Assembly: GCA_051453625.1 (NCBI GenBank)
Contig: JBOZIK010000001.1
Location: 38,510,545 to 38,553,664 of the forward strand
Source of the DNA: Welwitschia mirabilis
Lineage: Eukaryota
Direction of reading: 5' to 3'
Length of the DNA stretch: 43,120 nucleotides
Made by a program: the position numbers and the translations under genes. A model generated the notes under the pieces. The model did not search any database, was not told where the DNA came from, and saw nothing but the letters and a program-made list of their open reading frames with translations. Positions 25,258 to 36,400 of this stretch are shown piece after piece (positions within the stretch are counted from its first letter, which is position 1; the number at the start of each line of letters is the position of its first letter).

Positions 25258-27828
25258 TTTTGTGATTATTTTTGGCAACTCTATGTTAATTTGATTGTAA
25301 TTTTACCAATAAAAATAAAATTAAGCCTTATGCATTCACATGGATGCAGAGAAAATATGTGAATTAAAAAGTGAGATAGAACTTGAGAGAGAGGTAGAGG
25401 TTAATTTTATATGTCATTAGAAAGACAGAAACAAATGACTTTATTAAGCATCTACAAATATCTTCCTAGCATTATATTTTTTCCTTTTTTCCATTGTAAA
25501 ACATAAATCCTTATAGATTTATAATTAAACATGGAATATTAATTTCTATGAAATAATTTATTTTATTAAAAGATAATTTAAAGGTCTTCTTAGCTACATG
25601 CAAAACTAAAACATTCAATTAAAAGAAAGATTTCTTTTATCAAATAAATTAAATCCCAAATTCACATTTGGCCAAATAATAATTAAAAAAACATAGTGTT
25701 TTGGGATGCATGAAATGAACCATGAATTGTTTTAAATTTGAGTATCGCACTGATGCAATAATGAAAAGTTAAGCTAAGAATAATAGATTCAGGATGAAAC
25801 CTGGTCACTGTGTATTGTCCTCCTTTGAATGATGCTTTGTTATCTTCTGTGTGCTTCTCTCTCTTGCGTTGTAGTTTTGCTGCTGTATTCTTTTGCAATG
25901 CCTTCTTTTATTGTTTTGATTGTTGCTTATGTGATTTCAAATTGATCTACTGCGTTGTTGCTCGTTCGCCTCTGATCTTCGTCAACGCCTTGTCCGTTTT
26001 TCTGATGAATTCGCTTGCTCTGTGACTTTACTGCTCTGTTTTCTTTTCTTTTTGATTTCGGTGTTCTTCAGCTCTGGAAATCTCTTTGTTCTGTAAGCGC
26101 TGTCGTCCTTTTCATCTGATGCGCTTTCTTGATCGTTCTGCCACTGTTCTACTCCTCTGTGATGTCCCTGCACATGCTGGTTCACTGCGCCTCTATTAGA
26201 TGTTCAGTCAATGCCCTGTCTGTCCGTCCCACCTCTGTTTTCCCTGCTGTGTCCCGTCTGTGATGCGTTTCCGGCTTTAGCTTTGACACGTGCTTTCTTC
26301 TACACTTTTGATCCTCTCTCCAGAATACCTTTTTTTGCTAGTGCGTCGTCGTTTCTGGTGCTTTTTCCAAGCGCGTTGCTTCTCTGGTGTGCTTTGATGG
26401 ATCCGAGTGTTGTGGCCTCCTCCTCTTTTTAAAACGCAGGTTTTGGCCTCTGTTTCCAATATATTCTCTCATCCTCCTTCTTGTGTTCTTCTTTAGTCAC
26501 GTTCCTGCATGATTCACGAACAAGAAAAATAGAATATTCATGGAATTCTCTCCACTTTGTGTCATGCCTCTAAATGCTTTGGCAAATAATAACCATAGTT
26601 TGTATTCATGCATCTTCTGTAAAAAGGACATAGTTATGTGCAGTGCGTATGAAGGAAACTGCATCACTGTTTGATACGATGTACCCTTGAAAACTCCAGG
26701 CATTTCTAGCTGTTTCAGCCAGGAGAGTGTAGTCAGCACAGGTGGGAACTCCATTAACACTGTTATACAAGCACCTGATGCCACTGGGCTGTTCTTCCTC
26801 TTCACAGCTCTTCAAGGGCGGTTGGCATGTATCCAAGAGATCTTGTTTACTCACCAGTGCATCAAAGGAATAGCGAGTAAGATCCATCCAAAATCATAAA
26901 CAGTAAAATGTTTAAAGTAAGCAAAAGCCTTTTCATCTGTAGAAGAGCGAATATCTTTGAGCCAGCCATTTGCAGTATCGCCTTGAAGACCCTTGACAAA
27001 GGCAACAGAATACCGAGCTAATGAGCACTGGGTCCTCCCTGGGTGTCTCATGGTCTCTCCCCCATCTCGGATCTTTGAAAATATTGACATCGGGTGTCCA
27101 AAACATTAGCCTTTCGGCCTGCCCAGTGTTGAAGGATGCTGTAGCCTCTGTTCCAGTGACCTGCCCGATAAGATATTAGAGACTGGTTTCACAATTTTTC
27201 CGGAAAAAATTACTTGAGGAAAGGTGGTTGTAGATCAATGCTTCCCCAAAACAGATTCCGTATCTTTGTAGAATGTTTCTGCAACGATAGCCATGTAATC
27301 ATCCAACACAAAAAATTTATTTCTGCATCCAACTATTCCAAATTATTTTCATGTTGACTAAAATTTTTATGGTATGAAATGCGGAAGAAGTCATACGGAA
27401 AATGGAGTCCATGAATTATGGAATGGCATAGGACTTTATAATAAATGAAATAGGGGTTTGAGAAGATGAATGGCTAAAATAGGAAGAGAGTGAGCATTAA
27501 TAGTAAAATTTAAACATTACGAAGGTGTGTAAAAAGGGAAGGTGAATAAAGAAGGCAGAATAGGGTACTGAAAATGTTTGTGTAAATGAAAATAAAAAGG
27601 AGGGTTAAATGGGTATAGGGTCTTTTTGAGATATTTGTATGGGTAGCCAAGAACTATGAGATCTTTTAGAACAAATTTGTTAGAGACATTAACTGGCTAG
27701 TTATATATTGATTGAGTAAAAAAAAGGGGGGGAATATTGAGTGTATAAAGGAGGTATGTATAGAAAGGTAGACAAAATGTACTTGTAGGAAAATAACAAA
27801 TTATTTGTAAGTAAAATACGACCCTACA
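25258..27828 (-). mobile_element. 2.57 kb TSD-flanked insertion (probable Ty3/gypsy solo LTR, alternatively an L1-made retrocopy) carrying a BXL gene fragment
   Basis: CCATT(T) direct repeat at 25253-25257(8) and 27829-27833(4). Excision restores the host pol frame. The minus strand starts TGTAGGGTCGTATTTT and ends GCCAAAAATAATCACAAAA. TATA-like TTTTAAAAAGAGGAGG at ~26419-26434. Confidence 0.75.
26609..27300 (-). pseudogene. BXL: GH3 beta-D-xylosidase/alpha-L-arabinofuranosidase (BXL7-like) N-terminal-domain fragment, frameshifted and intron-less
   Basis: Across frames: [172 protein letters not shown]. Confidence 0.92.
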
Positions 27829-27833
27829 CCATT

Positions 27834-30090
27834 TAAAAATAAAGATAAATCATTACTCATAGGTTGTATTTCAGGCACAGAAATATGTGTATTCAATTCA
27901 ATAGTCTTTTTATTTCTAATTATAAAACACATTTAAGGTAATGGAAAGATTGCCAAAAATAATTTTCAATGCACTAGATCCACAATTAATTTCCTAATCT
28001 ACTGTAGCAAGCTAAGCTAAGGTCTAACAAGAATGATAGGGTATCTAGTGGAATTCATAGAAATTTTAAGAATAATGAAGTCAACAGGATAAACTACTTT
28101 ATCAACTTCAATTAATACATGTTTTAAGATTCTTGAGATCTTAACCAGGGTTCCATTAGCAACATAAAGAAGTACATCACTGGAATCAACATGATTAAAT
28201 CCTAAGGCATGGAAAATATGTTCGAGCATAAGGTTGACTCTAGCTTCTAAATCTACTATGGTTTTATCAATAATACAATTATCAGTAGTAATAGAAATAG
28301 TGGGGGATCCAGGGTCACCATATTTCACAGGGATTTTCAATTCCAAAACATAAGTGGTAAATGTAATAAGATTAAGTGTTTCTCTAGAAAATTGAATCTT
28401 TCATTTATGAGTGCATAAGTCTTTACGAAACTTGGCATATAGAGGAGTTTTCTTAATTACCTCACGAAGAGGAAAAGTAATGCTAACATCTTTAAAAATT
28501 TTATGAATCTTATCATAGTTATTAAAACCTTTATCAGATTAAAAACGAGTAAGTAAATGGTAGAATATTTTGATTTTATTTTCTTTTTAAAATTTTTCCC
28601 TAGAATCAAATTTAAGGTTTTCAATTATTTAATCTAAAGTTACATCTTCTTTATCTTTAGAACTAGTTTCTGAAATTACTTTTTCACTTCTTAATCTAAT
28701 GGCATTTACATTAGTGTATTCTTACATCACATTAGTTGATTTTGAATTAAGAGCAAATGGAGAAGGTAAGCTAGGATGACTCTCCTTTTCATTTTGTTGT
28801 TGAAACATGAAATTAGTAGTTTTTTTTCCTTTTGACCCATTTGATTAACTAATAACTTCATTTTTTCTTCTGAATTGTTTTCCAATGGAGGAGGAAGAGA
28901 GAAAGATTTAGGTTGCCATTAAGATTGATTGTTATAAGGATGAAAGGAATTATGATGGAAATTCTTTAAATGAGAATTGAAATACTTATCAAATGGCAAG
29001 AGGGCATGATAATTTTAATTAAAGGTATGAGCTTCAGAAAGATGATGATGATGATGATGATGTAAAGCACTTTGAACTACCTTAAAGTTTTCATAAATTT
29101 TAATGGAATTATCCTCTACTTGACACAACTCATAAAAAGATGAATGTGAAAAAGGTTGGATTGGAATTTTCTTAAGATTTTCTTATTCTAATTTAGCATT
29201 TTTTAAGTTGAGTAGATAGAACTTCCATTTTCTTAGCTAATTCATCATTAGATTTTCCCTTATAAAAAATTTCATTTAAGCTAAACTTACTTCTAACATG
29301 GTCATTATTAACATTTCCCCATCTTTGAGTAGCTTCTACTAGATCTTCTAATTCTTTTAATGATTTATCAGTAGTAGAATTTAATAAATCCTTAGTCATT
29401 AATGTTTTTAATAACTTCATAGTTTTTTCAATTAAGATCTTCTCGAAATAATTAAACTAATTTCTAAACTTTAAAGAAATAATTGAAATTTTTAATTAGA
29501 AGATCTTTAAAACACTTAAAAGTTTTAGAATAAGATTTAGTCAAAGATTGCTTGAAACTACTAATAAGATTTCTCAATTGATTAATGCAAGTAAAAGGGA
29601 GAAATTTTTAATAAAAGATTCTTTAAATTTTCCAAGAATTGAAAGATATTAATTATGATTAACAAGTTTAATCTAATGTTTAGCTCTTTTTTTTAAGAAA
29701 AGAAGAAGAATTTATAATTTAGCTTCATCAAAATGAGCTTGCGAAGTTATCTTATAGACTAGGTTAAATTCTTCAAGAAACTTATAAGGATCCTCATAAT
29801 ATAAACCATGAAAAGTAGAAAAATCTTTAAGGTTTTCAATGAAAATTGAAGCATCATGAGTAAAAGAAATAAGAGAGTTCGTTTGAGAACCTTCAAAAAG
29901 CTAACCAAAAGTAGGTTGAGAATCAGAATTATGAGCATTACTATCTCTAGTAGCTATTTGAGAAGAAAGAATATTTGAGGCATCAACAACAATGTCAAAT
30001 TTAAGTGGAGATGAAATCAAAGGTGGAGATGGAATACAAGGTAAAGAGGGTTCAGAACTATGCAAATGTTTACCAGTACAAATCTAATTT
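27834..30090 (-). pseudogene. Athila gag and aspartic protease remnant
   Basis: gag motif FSTFHGLYYEDPYKFLEEF (~29765-29822). Protease IPVKYGDPGSPTISITTDN..IVDLEARVNLM..VANGT..VLIEVDKVVYPVDFIIL..PIILVRP (28017-28346). Confidence 0.9.
29041..29062. repeat. (GAT)7 microsatellite within the gag linker
   Basis: GATGATGATGATGATGATGATG read directly from the sequence. Confidence 0.9.
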
Positions 30091-30100
30091 CTACTTATGA

Positions 30101-30540
30101 ATGCATAGCATACATAGAAATGAGATGCACAAAAAAGTAATGAGAGTTAGAACATGTGTAGCTGGAAGGCTTGATGAAGTAATGTAGTGCTTGTGAGCTC
30201 ATGAATGCAATTTTAATATTGAAACACCTAAAAACAAGTAAATTACAATCAGTGTATGTAAATTATTAAAGAAAAGTATAGTATTATAACTAAAAATAAA
30301 AAATGTTCCCCAGCAACAATGCATAGCATAAAAAGAAAACAAGATGTAAAAAAATTAATTAAAGTTAGAACATGTGCAACTAGAAGGCTTAATGGAGTAA
30401 TGTAGTGCTTACAAGCTCATGAATGCAATTTTAATATTGAAAAACCTAAAAACAAGCAACTTCTAATCAGTGTATGTAAATTATTAAAGAAAAGTATGAT
30501 ATTATACATAAAAATAACAATTGTTCCCTAGCAATAATGC
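30101..30540 (-). repeat. ~218-bp tandem duplication of the Athila leader including the PBS
   Basis: Units start ATGCATAGCATA at 30101 and 30319. Both contain AGTTAGAACATGTG..AGTAATGTAGTGCTT..GCTCATGAATGCAATTTTAATATTGAAA..TGTTCCC.AGCAA.AATGC. Confidence 0.9.
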
Positions 30541-30542
30541 TA
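30525..30542 (-). promoter_or_regulatory. Primer-binding site (tRNA-Asp type), decayed; second partial copy at 30307-30322
   Basis: Minus-strand TAGCATTATTGCTAGGGA versus the Athila consensus TGGCGCCGTTGCCGGGGA. It lies 4 nt from the LTR end, and all 7 differences are C>T or G>A. Confidence 0.85.
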
Positions 30543-30546
30543 ATTT

Positions 30547-33404
30547 TAAATAAAGTAAAACATCAATTTTTAAAATGAGGATATCACACTCTGAGCCTTC
30601 ACAAAAATAAATTTGTACCTAACATAATTTAACTTAGGGAAAAAATTAAGTATAAAAAGTTCAAATTTCTTCATAAAGAAATCTTCTATGTTGAATTACA
30701 TATATAGTGAAAGCACATGAGTATCGAACTGATGGAATACTTGACATGAATTTATATGGAAATATTAACATTATGTAATCAAAATATCATTTCATCTAAT
30801 AAAACAACTGTTTCTCTTAAGTGACACACAACTAATTAAACACACATGACATAAAATAATTGTGAAAAAACTACATGTGTAAAAATGGAATTTCACAAGA
30901 TGTAAAAGAGGAAATACAATAAAATTAAAAAAAGTAATATTTCATGAACATTCACAAGATTCTAAAGATCATTTATAATTGATATGAATAAGTGAAGAAA
31001 TTTAAATAGTCCAATTTACCTTAGTCATTTTCATATATAAAAATAATCTTTCTTGAAAAATTCACTTGTTGAATTCATATCATATGGATGTAATTAGGTA
31101 ATTCAAACATCTAATTCCATTCTATGTAAAATGCACATCAATTTAGAATCTAAATGTAACACTTTCATAATTAGATTCTTTAAATTAACTAGGCAAACTC
31201 TTTAACTTTATCAAGATTTTCACTGATTTGGAATACATTTGACTCAAAAGGTAACTCTTTACTTAGCCAAAAATAAATTATAAAACCATTGAGAAATATA
31301 AACTAGGATTCAAGTTAATAGGTAATTGATAAAGCCTAGCACATACATGTTCATTTAATCAAAGTAATACTGAGTTAATTTTAAGTTGTTTTGACTAATA
31401 GAAAGAGAAAAAATGAAGAAAAAAGAGAAAAGGGGGAGAGAACATTCAAAAGAATAGATTTATAAAATCTTAGAACCTTTAAAATACTCAAAATATGTCT
31501 AAAACAAGTTTCTAAAACTAAATATTCAAGATTAAGTAGAAGCAATTGCAACCAATCAAAATAGTTCATCTAGGAAAAAAAAACTGCAGAAACATACAGT
31601 TAATTCTGTTTTAATCAAGAATATCAAACTAACTACAAAATGTGAGAAAAATGGATTTCATATTTTAAAAGTACTAAAAACATACTACAAGATAAAATCT
31701 TGAATTTTTGAAAACACATTAAATATGACTGAGAAATTCATTATTCAAAACTAGAAATAGAAAGATTTGATAGTCAATGAATTTATTTAAGTGAAACTAG
31801 AATTAAGATTAAACATGGCTAAAAAATGGATTTTAGAGGATGAATTTGGATTTTAAATCCTTTACAAAGAAAATTTCTAAACTAGGAGAGAAATCTATTG
31901 ATAAACTTTCAAAACCATTGGAGTTGCATAAAAAGGGTTATGGCCAAAACAAGTACTGAAATTCACTATTCTACTTTGATTTTGAGAAGAAGAGGTATAA
32001 GAGAGAATAATTCTTGAAAAATAAATAATTTTAATTTTAAAAAAAAACATAAATAACCTATTTACAAATTTAATTACTGCTATTAAAAAGGAGAAAATGT
32101 AAATTCATGATCTATTTCCTAGAAGAAATGTGGAATCATGAGAAATGTACTAGAAGATGAAATGAATGAAGGAAAGAAAAGAGAAAAAAAAAAGAAAACA
32201 AATGATTTATTTTAATAAGAAGTGATCAAACATGCAAATTTTCAGATTGCCATCAAGGGTACTAATTTTCAAGCAATCTAATTAGCACGAATTATGCTAT
32301 AAGCTATAAAAGGTCTAATTGAATTGAAAGAAATTCATGATACAAATGAATAAATTAAGTAATTAAAATCATAAAAAGCATAAAGAAAAGAACACTTATT
32401 TGTTTTATATGAATGCACAGCCTTAGTCTTCCATCTAATTGCTTACAAGATTAAATGCCTTCTCCTCTTCTTACACTACGAATTATGTGCACTTCACCAC
32501 CCCTACAAAGATGGATGGAAATAGGAGAAAAGATGTTGAAAAATGGGATATGAAATGGTCTAGGAGAATGAAAATGAACTTGGATGACTACAAAAGATGT
32601 GAATGAGAAATATAGAAGGTTTCCAAAGTTGATATAGAAAGAAACTCAACTTAGAAATGAAGAAAAACGATAGAAGATCTCTTTCCAATTTTGGGAATGG
32701 TAAGGTGTAATAATATGAGTTTGAACACTGGAGGAGGGGTATTTATAAGGGTAATAGGGTTAGTTGTAGGCTAAGGAGTTTCCAAAACCATCGCCAATTC
32801 ACTATGATTCATGAGGTTTTAGGAAAAACTGTCACATAGTGTTGTAGTGCCATTTTACTCTTGGAAATGTGGCAGAGTCATAGATAGTTTTATAGATAAC
32901 TACCAAAACTTCAAAAATAAAACTTAATCTAATATTATTTCTTAAACCTTACAATACATGAATTCATCAATTTAGACACACAAATAACTATAAAGATACA
33001 AATTATAGCTTCTGCAATGTAATTTCCAAGGTACTAATGTCTTGAATGGTTATGATGTCATCTAATGTCATCCATCCAGTGTCAGAATGAGTCATATTAA
33101 TCACGTTAGAAAGAGGATGATATATGATGATGAAAATGGGCCTATGAATCATCTATAGAGCTTCTACATTGAAGTAGTCATTCATGATTTGCATTTTCAC
33201 CCTCAATCTTGATCTCTTAATCACAAGCATCGCAAGGAGCCTTAAACTATAATATAATGCATCATTTTAAGCTTAGTAAATGTCCAAGGTCCATGTCTCC
33301 TAAAATGTTAAAACATACCTCTAAATGCAGTATTAAAGTTCAAAACATAACATAAAATATTTAACTATTAATACCTTATTTTGTCTAAAATTTAGACTTC
33401 ATTA
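30547..33404 (-). repeat. Athila 5' LTR (~2.86 kb)
   Basis: Adjacent to the PBS. Minus-strand TATA CCTTATAAATACCCCTCC (TATAAATA at 32740-32747). Outer end TAATGAAGTC (decayed TGATG..) is flanked by the TSD. Confidence 0.82.
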
Positions 33405-33409
33405 GCTAT

Positions 33410-36400
33410 TTCATAGTAATTAAAATGTTTTATATGAAATCAATTATATCATTAAAGTGAAGATATGAAAGAGAAATCACATCTTATTAAACTAATGATC
33501 TACAAAGTAAGGTCTTAAAGAAGAACTAAGGTTCCATTTAATGGTAACCACTATAGAACTGCTTTTGGCAATATAGAAAAAGGGATAGAAAAAATTTTTA
33601 TTCAATTTTCTTATAGAGCATCTTTTATGTAATATAAACTCTTTCTAATGCTGAATATCCTTGAATCTTAACATCCATTATAGATATAAACTACTTAATA
33701 TAATGAATATTAATTTACCTTAATTTATTATTTTAATGAGTAGTTTTTAATCATTCAAAAATTAAGTTATACTATGATCTTATGAATTCAGGATAGCTAA
33801 TCAAGATGAACATACTTGAAACAAGTAATCAAAAAGGTTTAAACATCATTGTTCTTTAGATAAGACTTTGTGAAATCCTTTCCTATAATTTTTACCTAAT
33901 TACATGAAGTCACAAAGTAAATTTTTAATTCACTTATAGTTCAAATCAATAGAAGCCCAAAAAGATAAATAAGAAATATGAATAGTAGATAAAATAATTT
34001 TTTGCATTACATATTTCATATTATGAGATATCTTGTTTTCCATTTATCTACTTTAAAATCTAATTTATTGATATTAAGGTTCCATAGTTTCTTGAGAGTC
34101 CCTTCAAAAGAAAATATAATGCTAACAATTTAAATTATCTTGTCATATTGGATAACTTTTCACAATTTAAAGATAAATAATTTTTAGAAAGAGTAAATAC
34201 TAAATATTTCCTTTAATTTATCTGAAAACTAGAGAGAAAACAATAAATGGTAATCTGAGAGAGTGGCTAATTAATTATATCTTGAAAATTCTTAATGAAA
34301 AAAAATAAGTTATCTTCAAAATGCATGTTGATTATATATTTTAGATTTTTATTCATATAAATACCGTGATTAGACATTTCCTACTCATCCTTCTTAATAA
34401 CATGGTATAAAACCTTTGATACAATGATAAAAAGATAAGGATCTAAAAAACATTCTTGCTTTATATATCTTTCAATAATAAATGTAGAACTAACAAATCT
34501 TATAGTGGCAACATAAGCGTTTCTATCCTTGAATAAATAACTTAGAATATGAAAGAAAGCTTCATGAAATATTAGCTTTTGCATGTAAGGTAAGAGAAAG
34601 TTTTATTCAATTCTATTGTAAACTTTTACTTAATCAAGTTTAAAGAAGGCAACATCTTAATTAGTATGATCTATTTTTGTTAAACCTTCCTAAGTAGATA
34701 TAACATTATTAAAAATACATCTACCTTTAACAAAACCACTTTCATAATGTGAAAAAATACTAGATGGATAACCTTAAACTTGTTACTTAAAAATTTAGCT
34801 AAAATTTGACAAGTGATATTGATTCAAATAATTATTCTTCAATTAGAAATGAAATGAAAATTACCTAATTTTGCAAAAACATGGATGATATCTTGATTAA
34901 TATTTTTATGTAAGATTCATTCATATAAGTCTTTTTAAACTACTTTAAAGTAACATTTCTGAATAATATCCTAATGATTCTTAAAATCCTCTATAGAATG
35001 ATCACCCATACTCAAATCCTTATGATTAATAACATTTAAGTAAGCTAGTTTTAACACATCCTCTATAACATATTTTTTAAATCTTTAATAATGAACTTCT
35101 AAAAATTTCTAGGAAATGAAGTTATCATTTTGATCACGATAATGGGAAATCTATCTAATCTAAAAACTTGAGTAAAATGCCTAATTAAATAATTAAGAAT
35201 GGCTTAAGGATCATAACATAAAGAGCCATAAATTCAAGTTTCTATAATTGAAAAGAAGAAGATCTCTTAAGGAACTTAAAATTTTATTTATAATTAAAAT
35301 CTTAAATTTTAATGTAAGACATTTTGCTCTTAATTACAATTTACTTAAGTAAAATAGATTTCCTAGGAATTTAAAAAATTCCTCATTATTATCATTAAGG
35401 TTTGCTAAACAAATTTTATTTTGCTATTTATATCTATTAAGAGCTAAGTTCTTATTCATATCTAGATAATGTAAATCTTTTATCATCATTTCTTCCCAGG
35501 TTTTTCGGTTCTTTATCTTGCTACTTTCTTGGAACTATAAAGTAGTAATCTTTTTTAACAACTTTGCTATTTAATCTACTCTAAATATGGCCATACTAGT
35601 TAAGCTACTATTTCATTAATCTTTCTAAAATAAGTGTAGATTCAATTCTTTTTTTGATATAATCATTACCAATTATATCTCTTCTTGTAACATTTAACAT
35701 TCATTCAGGCATCTACATTTATACCATATTAACATGTTTATTTTTTAACTTCTTAACAGGCTAACACTCTAAGTAATATGAGATGTTATCTTGAATTACA
35801 TTTTGATAAAATCACTCTTTTAATTTTATTAGAATACTTTTGTGACATAATATTTCATATACTTATCTTCATTTTAACCATCCTACCTTTATTTTATTTC
35901 TCATTTCATTGTTAATTTTACCATCCATTTATAATATAGATCATAAGAATGTATGTACTAATAAAATAGTTAATATTAGATTTTTACTTCTATTTCATCA
36001 TTGTTCATATTTTCATTGAAATTGCATTCCACATTTTCTATCTTACATATTCTAATTTTCAAGTTCTTTGATTCTAAAGATTATCACTTGAAATCAATAT
36101 TCACTCAAGATTTATTTATTAACAAATTTAAACAATTCTTAAGTTCTAAAGATTTTGTATAAATACGATTATTGCAATGATCTTATTCTATGGTAGTGAA
36201 AGTTAATGATACACATTGTTGAATTTTTAAAGATACTTCTCTTACTTTAGTAATCATTTGTTTACCAGCAAGTTTAAATAATTCTTAATATAACACATAG
36301 CATAAATTTATCATATGGTCTCGATGACTACCACTTGAATGGGTTTTTGCATTCAATAAAACATGAAAAATAGTTCTTCCTCATTCAAAGTTATATACAT

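Larger units (their letters stand above)
20817..33404 (-). mobile_element. Athila-lineage Ty3/gypsy LTR retrotransposon, internally deleted, inserted in the LINE
   Basis: Two direct-repeat LTR copies begin at 20817 (TGAATAAAGTAAAA) and 30547 (TAAATAAAGTAAAA). Right end ...GACTTCATTA at 33404. TSD GCTAC (20812-20816) / GCTAT (33405-33409). tRNA-Asp PBS. Domain order gag-PR-RT-RH-INT on the minus strand. Confidence 0.9.

Noticed and set aside
25683-26459. Short charged or Cys-rich ORFs in the insertion as a second captured gene
   Set aside because: Low-complexity purine/pyrimidine-skewed tract with stops in all frames; better explained as LTR R/U5-like sequence.
25238-27840. Helitron or Pack-MULE as the carrier of the BXL fragment
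   Set aside because: No long TIRs or 9-bp TSD. The CTAG at ~25239 belongs to the host pol frame, and Helitrons do not make the 5-6 bp TSD seen here.
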